A DNA stretch of 34,558 nucleotides. Source: a virus. Lineage: Duplodnaviria; Caudoviricetes. Shown piece after piece: positions 1 through 8,400 of the stretch (within the stretch, counting starts at the first letter, position 1; every line of letters starts with the position of its first letter). A program made the translations under genes and the position numbers. The stretch covers positions 1-34,558 of the IMG/VR virus record IMGVR_UViG_3300020716_000022; one strand, given 5' to 3'. The notes under the pieces were generated by a model. It made no database searches. It was not told the DNA's origin and saw only the letters and a list, made by a program, of their open reading frames with translations.

Positions 1-946
1 TTTTGTTTACATAAAGAAGCTTAGCATTAAACAAATTAGTCTCATTAAGTTCTTTTTTCATAATCTTAATAGTCTTAATTGCTTCATTAAGTTCTTTTTT
101 CATTTGTTCATAATAAACTTCATGAGAATTTTCAGGGTTAGGTTCCATTCCACCTGATCCACCCGGAACTCTATCATGCTCTTCTTCGTTCATTTGAGCT
201 TCTTCTAATTCCAGTTCAGCAAGGATTTCTTCTAATGAAATTTCATCCATGTCTTCTTCAGGTTCATCACCACCTAAATCAGGAATTTCATTATCATCAT
301 CATAATGTTCTTCATCATCACCAGGAAGTTCATCACCATCAGGCTCATCATGTTGCATTTGAGAAAATACGTCACGAATGATATCTTTAAGTTCTCCTAC
401 GGTAATATCTACTAATTCTTCAGAATCTTCAGGTTCGCCTTCTTCTCCTTCAGTACCGTCATCCTCCATATCATAATCACCTCCTTCAGTGTCATCATCT
501 TCTTTAGGTTTTTCAGTGTCATCTTTATCATCAGATTCTGTATCTTCACCTTCATGAAGTTCACCATCACCATGAGATACTTTAAATCTTTCAAATACGT
601 CTGTATTTCCTGAAGTTTCTTTAAAAGGCTCCATTCCATCCTCTTTTACATGAGCATTTTCTTCTAAATCTGCAGTCATTTCATCCAATTCAGCTAAAAG
701 TTCATCAATATTGATTTCCTCTTCATCCAAATTAGGACCGTGATCAGATGCTCCATCACCTAAACCGTAATGTTCATCATAAGTTCCTTCTTGTTCCATG
801 TCTTCAGAGAGTTGTTTTCTCATCATGCTTTTAATTGTAGGCTCAAAATGTTCGGCTAATGCAGTTTTTGCTTGCACAAGTGCAGTGTCTCTAAGAGCTC
901 TAGCGTCTAAAATGGCCTGTTTAAACAGTTCTTGATTGTTTTCCAT
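1..946 (-). CDS. Prohead scaffolding/core protein (partial, runs off window start)
   Basis: Not in the ORF track. ATG at 946, open to the window edge: MENNQELFKQAILDARALRDTALVQAKTALAEHFEPTIKSMMRKQLSE...very acidic D/E-rich middle...KKELNEAIKTIKIMKKELNETNLFNAKLLYVNK. Lies directly downstream of the prohead protease (T4 gp21-gp22-gp23 order), is coiled-coil-like and has many L-x-E sites. Confidence 0.8.
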   Translation of the reverse strand, partial: MENNQELFKQAILDARALRDTALVQAKTALAEHFEPTIKSMMRKQLSEDMEQEGTYDEHYGLGDGASDHGPNLDEEEINIDELLAELDEMTADLEENAHVKEDGMEPFKETSGNTDVFERFKVSHGDGELHEGEDTESDDKDDTEKPKEDDDTEGGDYDMEDDGTEGEEGEPEDSEELVDITVGELKDIIRDVFSQMQHDEPDGDELPGDDEEHYDDDNEIPDLGGDEPEEDMDEISLEEILAELELEEAQMNEEEHDRVPGGSGGMEPNPENSHEVYYEQMKKELNEAIKTIKIMKKELNETNLFNAKLLYVNK

Positions 947-973
947 TTTTATTTAAAAAATTGATTTGATTGT

Positions 974-1054
974 TATTGCTTATTAAATAGTAGCAATATG
1001 AGATTTTTGTATATTAATCAGATACTATATTGGGATAGTATACGTTAATAAATA
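974..1054 (-). promoter_or_regulatory. Putative late-promoter motif (TATTTAT, 1048-1054) followed by two stem-loops in the scaffold leader
   Basis: Inverted repeats TATTGCT 974-980/AGCAATA 992-998 and ATACTAT 1022-1028/ATAGTAT 1035-1041; ATAAATA on the + strand at 1048-1054. Confidence 0.45.
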
Positions 1055-1095
1055 GTAGTACTTTTGAGAAAAAGTAAATTATTTTAAAAAAAAAT

Positions 1096-2820
1096 TTATC
1101 TTATGCAACAAATACCAGATTGACTACATATTAAATCTGATATAATGGAATTAACTTTATTGTATTTTGTATTTGCAGGAGCTATATATTGATAAGATTC
1201 ATTTAATCCTCCTACAGGAGATACGTAAGCACCATAGGTTGAAGGAGTACTTACAAAGTCAAAACATAGTAACTCTAGGTCTTCTCCTACTTGTACTAAT
1301 CCTTCTCCTATTGGAGTTACAGATCCCATAGCTCTAGAAGATACTCCTACTTTTATACCAGCAAAAAATAATTCTTTTAATATATTTCCAGAGGGAGTAT
1401 TTAATATTTCAAATTCACCATATAAATCTTTACCTTCCCACCATACTCTGGTGATATTGTGGCAAACATTTTTTAAATTTATTACACTACTATTACCAGA
1501 CCAATATGGTTTTCCATTGTCTCTGCAGTAAAAATTACCGTTTTCAACAGTTACGCAATGAACTGTAGAATCATAATCTACTTCTTTTACTTCTATAAAT
1601 CTTTTATCTAGATGTACATTACTAGATCTTTTAATCCACAATCTATATAAAGTAGACTTATCATCGCACTTAATTAATCTTCCAGCAAAAATATAGTCTT
1701 TTTTAGATACCTGTTCCTTTATTACACCGTGTCGACCTATTTTTACAAGTATTTCGTTTAAATCTTCTACCAGTCTTTTAGATACTGTAAAAACAGATTG
1801 CCTTTTATATCCTCTATAGATAACCGTAGTACCATCTCCTATTGAGAACCAGTCAAATAATTTTTCCAGTAAATATGCAGGAGCTTCTTTTATCTCTTCC
1901 GGTATATATTTAGTATATTTATCTCCTAATTTATCTAAATAACTCCAAAGCCTTTTATCATAGCAATAAAATACAATTCCTTTAGAATTTTCCCTTATTC
2001 TCTCTTTCCACTCCAGGTCAGGTGATAGTCCTCTTAATACTTTTCTGAATTCTTCCGCTTTTTCCCCTTCATTTTGAGATATAAATACCCCAGAAGCTTC
2101 TTCTCCAGAGCAATGTCCTTCAGCTAAATAAAATCCTAAGAAACAAAACCAAGATTCTGTATCCAATGTAAGAGGAGATTCAAATTTAAGTCTTTTTTCT
2201 TTTGATATTTTTGTATGACTATATCCTGGTAAAATAAATACACTTTCATAGTCTTCATTGCTTGTACCTTTAGATACCAGGGGTATTGTATGATGAGTTC
2301 CTACGGTTCCATCTACTATTTCTTGTGCTAAAGCTTCTTTAAAATTACCAAATCTATCATTAATTATAAATTTATGATTAGGAGTAACCAGAGTATCTAT
2401 ATTTTTACCCTTAATACTGATCATTTTACCTCTATAATCCTGGTTTATTACTCGGGTAACTTCATTCCATTCGCAATTTCCAGACTTAGTATTTAGAGTC
2501 ATTACTTTTTCTCCAACTACTACATCTTTTATATATTTCCAACCATCTTTAGTCATTATTTGAGCAGAAGGACGGTGGCATTCCGGGTGATCTAATTCTC
2601 CTAATGCTCTTTTTTCAGCTATGGGACCTTGCTCATATAAAGAAACTTGTTTTTTTAGAGTATCATAATCATAAATACGTTTGTTAGCATTAGGCTTATC
2701 TGCAGCTTGTATTTTACCAGATACTAAAAAAGGTTGTCTACTATTAAGTTTTGATTCTCTTAATTGTGTAGTATTAGGAGTAAATAAAGAGTATTCTATT
2801 AATAGTTGTTTATTAGACAT
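1096..2820 (-). CDS. Prohead core protease (T4 gp21-like) containing an intein
   Basis: Motifs NANKRIY, ALGELDHPE (catalytic His), ILNTPSG, GVSSRAMGS (catalytic Ser) and FDFVSTPS. About 211 aa after removing the intein. Confidence 0.95.
   Translation of the reverse strand: MSNKQLLIEYSLFTPNTTQLRESKLNSRQPFLVSGKIQAADKPNANKRIYDYDTLKKQVSLYEQGPIAEKRALGELDHPECHRPSAQIMTKDGWKYIKDVVVGEKVMTLNTKSGNCEWNEVTRVINQDYRGKMISIKGKNIDTLVTPNHKFIINDRFGNFKEALAQEIVDGTVGTHHTIPLVSKGTSNEDYESVFILPGYSHTKISKEKRLKFESPLTLDTESWFCFLGFYLAEGHCSGEEASGVFISQNEGEKAEEFRKVLRGLSPDLEWKERIRENSKGIVFYCYDKRLWSYLDKLGDKYTKYIPEEIKEAPAYLLEKLFDWFSIGDGTTVIYRGYKRQSVFTVSKRLVEDLNEILVKIGRHGVIKEQVSKKDYIFAGRLIKCDDKSTLYRLWIKRSSNVHLDKRFIEVKEVDYDSTVHCVTVENGNFYCRDNGKPYWSGNSSVINLKNVCHNITRVWWEGKDLYGEFEILNTPSGNILKELFFAGIKVGVSSRAMGSVTPIGEGLVQVGEDLELLCFDFVSTPSTYGAYVSPVGGLNESYQYIAPANTKYNKVNSIISDLICSQSGICCIR
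1492..2580 (-). mobile_element. Intein (363 aa) with LAGLIDADG homing endonuclease in the prohead protease
   Basis: HPE|CHRPSAQIMTKDGW ... VTPNHKF (block B) ... FLGFYLAEGH and LFDWFSIGDG (LAGLIDADG helices) ... VHCVTVENGNFY...WSGN|S. Removing it restores ELDHPE-SSVINLKNV. Confidence 0.92.
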
Positions 2821-2823
2821 TTT

Positions 2824-3852
2824 TTAAGATTTTTTAACTATTTCTGCATCAGGATTATTAGATGTTATTTGCTGGTCTTGTCCAGAGTCCCCAGGAATAT
2901 AGTTTTTTTTTCCATCTTTACCTGTAACTATAACATCTTCTTTTATTCTACGTAGTATCTTTTCTTTTAATTCTTTTAATTTATCTACTGCTTCTTTTGG
3001 GTTGAATCTTTTTTCTTCTACAGGTTTTTCTGGAACATCTTTTCCTGTTAATACATTAGTTTGAACATGTTCTATTTTACCGTCATCCCACTTTACTGTA
3101 GCAGTTAAGGTACCAGTATCTAAATCAGTTATAATTCCTACTTTTGAACCATCATTTTTCATTACTCTTTGTCCAATAGTTAGATTCTCTGTTTTTTTTG
3201 TAGATTCATCAAATTCTTTAAGAAGATGTTCTTTTAATGCAATGACTTTTTCTTTTCCAGGAGTTTCAAAATATTCTACTCCTTTAGATTTTTTAGGGGA
3301 CATAGTCATATGCTTAACTTTTTTAATACCTCCTTTCTTTGCAGATTCTTGTTTACCTAAAGTAGTTTGAGTATTTGCTTTAGCAGCTTTTTGAGTTGCT
3401 TTCATAGCATTGGGTTTATCTACTAGGTTATTTTTTCCTACAGGAACCATCTGTAGATTTTTATCTCTTTTTTTTATGTCTTTTAAATTATGTACTATAA
3501 GTTCCCTATATGCATCAGGATCCTTTTTTATATTATCTAAAGCTTTATTTCTAGCTTCTACATAATTTTCATCTGAAATAACATCCATTTGTTCTAATTC
3601 GTAATTAGTTCCTTTAGTTAATTGATAGTAATTAACGTGATCAAATCCTATTTCTTTAGGAGTTTCATTATTTGGATTTTTTATTTCTACTTCAGATAGT
3701 ATTCTTTTACTTTTAAGTATCTTTACTGTATCTTGAAAACTATTAATGTTAGTTACTAAATGAGGAAAATCCCTTCTTACATTTGTTAAGAAGTTAGCTT
3801 GAGACATTTTCCCTTCTAGTAAATCACGGTATTGTGCTGTTATGTTTTTCAT
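2824..3852 (-). CDS. Hypothetical head-associated protein, Lys-rich, with a small SH3/KOW-like beta domain
   Basis: 342-aa ORF in the head cluster. LTIGQRVMKNDGSKVGIITDLDTGTLTATVKWDDG resembles SH3/Tudor-like modules; several L/I-x-E sites. Confidence 0.6.
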   Translation of the reverse strand: MKNITAQYRDLLEGKMSQANFLTNVRRDFPHLVTNINSFQDTVKILKSKRILSEVEIKNPNNETPKEIGFDHVNYYQLTKGTNYELEQMDVISDENYVEARNKALDNIKKDPDAYRELIVHNLKDIKKRDKNLQMVPVGKNNLVDKPNAMKATQKAAKANTQTTLGKQESAKKGGIKKVKHMTMSPKKSKGVEYFETPGKEKVIALKEHLLKEFDESTKKTENLTIGQRVMKNDGSKVGIITDLDTGTLTATVKWDDGKIEHVQTNVLTGKDVPEKPVEEKRFNPKEAVDKLKELKEKILRRIKEDVIVTGKDGKKNYIPGDSGQDQQITSNNPDAEIVKKS

Positions 3853-3881
3853 AGTTAATAATAAATATATGTATATGATAC

Positions 3882-4544
3882 TTATTTAAGTTCTTTTAGT
3901 TTAGAATACATTTCTAATATGGAAGAATGTATTTTTTCTACCATAGCTTTAGTATGTTTCTTATATTCAAATTTATCATTAGATTCTAAAATACCCTTTT
4001 TTATTTCAGAGGTAAACTCTAGTAATTTAGTGACTTCCCTTAATTTTTTTTCTATTATTTTAGTTGCTTGATGTATTTGTTCAGATTGAGGTCTTACAGA
4101 TATTTCATTTTTAAATCGAGAATAAAATCTATGCTCTAATAATGCATCTTTAAGTGCTGCTTCGTATTCAATATCTTCTTGATACTTTCTTTTTACTTTC
4201 CTTTTTACTTTTCCAAAAGCTCTAGGAGATGCATACTGTTCACCGGGCCCAGGAGTAAAAGTAGCTCCTCCTGCTGTCACACCACCCCCAGTAGCAGACA
4301 TTTCCTCTAATTCTTTTACAACAGGCTCTTCTTCAAGATTTTTTTCAAGTGTCTTTTGATCCTCTATAAATCTAAAAGCATCTTCTTTTGTTATTTTACC
4401 ACTTTTGATTCCTTCTATCAAATTATCAGCTACTTCTTCCTTAGTTCCAGCTTTAACTAACTCCGCTTTTAATTTAGCATCATCTTTATTAGAGTCTTCA
4501 GATTCTTCTCTTAGAAATTGAGTTGCAAATTGATTATTGTACAT
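3882..4544 (-). CDS. Hypothetical head-cluster protein
   Basis: 220-aa ORF overlapping the upstream gene's stop; ELEE|MSATGGG...GEQYASPRAF motif. Confidence 0.65.
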   Translation of the reverse strand: MYNNQFATQFLREESEDSNKDDAKLKAELVKAGTKEEVADNLIEGIKSGKITKEDAFRFIEDQKTLEKNLEEEPVVKELEEMSATGGGVTAGGATFTPGPGEQYASPRAFGKVKRKVKRKYQEDIEYEAALKDALLEHRFYSRFKNEISVRPQSEQIHQATKIIEKKLREVTKLLEFTSEIKKGILESNDKFEYKKHTKAMVEKIHSSILEMYSKLKELK

Positions 4545-5394
4545 TATTTATATTTTTTAATTCATCAATTAAAGCATAATATTGCATAAGTCCTACCAAT
4601 ACCTCATCTTTTATTGATTCGTTAGATCCTAAAGGTTTTATAAAAGTTAAAACTTCATTTAATTTTATTTTAACCACTTTATCTTCAACTTTTTCTTTTA
4701 AAGTAGTTAATTCTTTTTTTACTTTTTCTAATTGAGTATTTAAATAAGATTTTAACTGTTTAGTATCTGATATATTATTTATGTATTCTTTTAATAGATT
4801 TTTTTGTCTTAGTGATAAATTATTGTACTTATCATTAAACTTCTCTACTAATATTTTATAAGCTAGCAATCTTATTTCTTTATCTTCTTTTAAAAATTCT
4901 TCTACTACTTTAGAAGCTACTTTTCTTTCAGTAAGAGTTTCTTTTGTTACGTGCTCTAATAAATTTAATTTATTTGCTATTATTTGATTTGTATTTTGAA
5001 TATTGCCTTCTAATTGTGATTCAATCAAAGTGTAAACTGAAGCATAAAACTTATAAGTATCTATTTTTGCCTTAAAGAAATTATCTAAATCGTAATTTTT
5101 TTTAATCTCCTTTATTAGACTGTATTTTTGTTTGTCTATAGTTTTCCTGTCTAACTTTTTAGCTTCTTCTAATACAGTTGTAATTAAAATATTAGCTTTA
5201 GTTTCATTTAACTTTTCTGAATTTAATATAATATTATACAAATTAAGTTCTTTGCCTAATTCAGTATCATTAAAATATCTTTTAAATATCTTAATTGCTT
5301 TTGAATCTTTATTGGACATCAAATCTGATGTAGCTTGTCTAACCAAAAGTTCAAATAGTATTCCTGTATTTTTATACTTAGAATGTTTTATCAT
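4534..5394 (-). CDS. Hypothetical protein downstream of portal (IKHSKYKNTGILFELLVRQ N-terminus)
   Basis: 286-aa helical ORF directly after the portal; probably a head/core component given its position. Confidence 0.7.
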   Translation of the reverse strand: MIKHSKYKNTGILFELLVRQATSDLMSNKDSKAIKIFKRYFNDTELGKELNLYNIILNSEKLNETKANILITTVLEEAKKLDRKTIDKQKYSLIKEIKKNYDLDNFFKAKIDTYKFYASVYTLIESQLEGNIQNTNQIIANKLNLLEHVTKETLTERKVASKVVEEFLKEDKEIRLLAYKILVEKFNDKYNNLSLRQKNLLKEYINNISDTKQLKSYLNTQLEKVKKELTTLKEKVEDKVVKIKLNEVLTFIKPLGSNESIKDEVLVGLMQYYALIDELKNINNVQ

Positions 5395-5457
5395 TATTTT
5401 CTTTTTACTGTCCTTAGAAGATCACAGCCTATAATATTGTTATATATAAATATTTAA

Positions 5458-8400
5458 TTATTCTGATAAATCACGTTTTATATTATTTTCATTTAATAAT
5501 TCAGGTTCTTTATATAAAGAAATCTTTTTATGTAAACTTTCTAAGGATTTTTTATTCTTTAAATAAGTAGTTTGAGTTACTGAAGGAACGGGATTTTCTT
5601 TAAGTGCTAATGGAGATCCTCCTTTATATTTAGTTTTTAAACTATTATCAGGTTTAGAATCATTGGGTTTTGATTTCATATCATATGCTCCCATTCTATC
5701 TTGACCTAATGGATCATCTTGAGTATTTATTACAGATACTTTATCTTGAGGTCTTCCAGGTAATCTCACAGGTTCATTAGGATCTATTTCATTATATCCT
5801 TGAGGAGTATCTGCTGCAGCTAAATTAGTGTTACCGTATCCACCATACATGGAAGCTATTTGGTGAGGAGTACCGTAAGCTTCTCCTGTTTCTGCAGGAT
5901 CATTTCCTTCTTCTTCAATTTGTTTAAGTCTAAATGTTCTCTTTTTATCTTCTACAATCAAACCTCTGTATTCATCAAATTCTTCTTCTGAGAAATGGAA
6001 TAATTTATCGTATATCCAATCCGTAGGAAGTAAGTTGGTATCTATCATTTGAGCTGCTAAATCCATTTTTTCTTTCATCAGAGCAACTCTTTCTTGTTCA
6101 TATACTATAGAAGGAATGGTTAAATCTAATTCAAAATTAGTCAAAGATTCATCAGTATATCCTATTGCATATAAATGTACTAATGCTATTTTGGTTAATT
6201 CTCCTAGTACAATTCTTTGTAACCTTTCTATTGTTCTAGCAAATCTTACATCTTCTTGAGCTAACGTTGAGTTTTTTATAACTACTTGAGTATCTGTTAG
6301 ATAGTTATGATTTTCGTTTTTATCATAAACTTCCATGTTATAGGTATCAGTTTTATTTTCTAACCACTCTACTCTAACAACTTTATGATTAAAACAAATT
6401 CCTATTTCTTCATTTAAAAAATATTCTAAAGTTATATTTTCTTTATTTAAAATATTTTTTAATTGTTTTTTTGTTAATCCAATCTCATTATAAAAAGAAT
6501 TTATATCTTTACTTCCATTAGCTTTATTTTTGATAAAATCAAAGGATAAGTCTTTAGGTCTTCCTTTTATAAACCCTAAATTCTCATTCAATAATTGATT
6601 TACAGTATAACCATTTTCTTGAATTATTTCTCTTATTATATATGGAGTATAATTTAGTATGTCACATAAATCTTTAAATTTTAATATTTTATTTTTATTA
6701 TTTTTTAAAGTTTCAACTATGTTACTAAAATTAGGTCTATCTCTCCAATTAATATTTTTAGTACCTAACATGTCATATCTACCATCAGGAAAAGATTTTT
6801 TATATCCATCCAATAGGGGAATATGAGAATTTCTCTTTTTATTTAAAATAGAGGTAATTTCCGATCTTTCGGGATTCAAATATCCTTTTTTAACAATATT
6901 GGACCTCTCTTCATAAGTTTTATTTGCCCAAGAATTTTTCAATATACTTTTTAACTCTGGGTTATTTTCAAGTTGTTTCTTTCTTCTCTGCGAAGCTGAT
7001 AATTTATATTCCTCTGTTTGTTTAGTTTCTTTACTTTTTCTCTTTGATTCTTCAGAATGTATGGTATATTGAGATAAATCTTTATGTAGATTTATGTGGT
7101 TTTCCCACCCCATCCTATCTAAATTTTGTGGACTATTATTAAATCTATTAAAATCTTTATGGTGAATAACGATCAAATCTTTTTTACTAAAAGATCCATC
7201 AGGCAATCTTCCGTTATTCTCTATAACTCCATTAAAGTAAGAATCTACCATTTTATGAGTAAACTCCCAATTTTTATCTTTGGGTTGATATACTTGTTGG
7301 TATTCACTACTTTTAACTCCTTTTATTGGGGAATTTCTAGTTATAATAGTTCTTAAACTATCTCCTTCTTTCAAATCCTTAGCCTCTACTTTAGTTCCGT
7401 CTTTTAATATAAATCCGTGATCTGGAGTAGAATCAATATAAGTATCATTATCTATGTGTACCCTAACAACCTGAGCATTTAATCTGGTCTTTTCTGCCAA
7501 AACTATTTTTCCAGGTATTACTCTATTTTCTACAAAATCATAAGAATATGTCCATAAAGGTTCGGAATAATCTGTTTCATAATATTCTGCTATTTCTTTA
7601 ATAGTTCTAATAGTACCATCTAATAATTTTATTTTTGTATCAGGTGCGATACATTTTCCAGATAAGTCTTTTTCATATCCTAAAAATGCTTTAGGAATTT
7701 TTAATGAAGCAAATAACTTATTTAAAAGATAGTTTATATCTTCTATACCATTATACTCTAATCCTTTTGCAGTATCTATTTTTGTTGAAGTATCATTTCC
7801 TCTTACTGGTATGAAGAAATCTTCCAACATATTCTGAACATTATAATTTAAATTATATTGGCCTGTAGTAGAATCTACGAGAGGGATTTTTTTCATTTTA
7901 GAAATCATTCTCTGCATATAATTTTCTACTTCTCCAGGAGGGATTGCTCCAACATTTACATAAAATACTCTTCTTTCAGGTGCTCTAGTAATTCTGTGAA
8001 TCAACATAGCATCTTCCATTAAAACATATTGTTTGTATAATTTTCTACTAGCCTCTATATAAGATCTACCGTAAGGTAAGAAATTTATATCCCCAATTAA
8101 TCTTAAATGGGCCATTTCATAATTATAAAAAGTAATACCTAAATCTGTATTTTGGTAAGAAGTTGAATAACCTGCTGTGGCACCTAAGGCAGCTGTTGGA
8201 TCATATTTATAAATTACTTCAGAAGGGTTGTCAGGATTGGTACCTTCCAATCTGACTATGTTATAGGCTGAAAAAGGGATTACATTATATATACCATATT
8301 TCTCTGCAATCTCAAGCTTTAAGAAAAAATCACCATATTTACAGTTTGAAACAAACACTCCATTTCTACTATAAGTACCATCCTCATTATTACTGCATAT

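Noticed and set aside
412-639. 75-aa minus-strand ORF from the track
   Set aside because: Alternative frame inside the scaffold gene (1-946); its composition is a frame-shift shadow of acidic codons.
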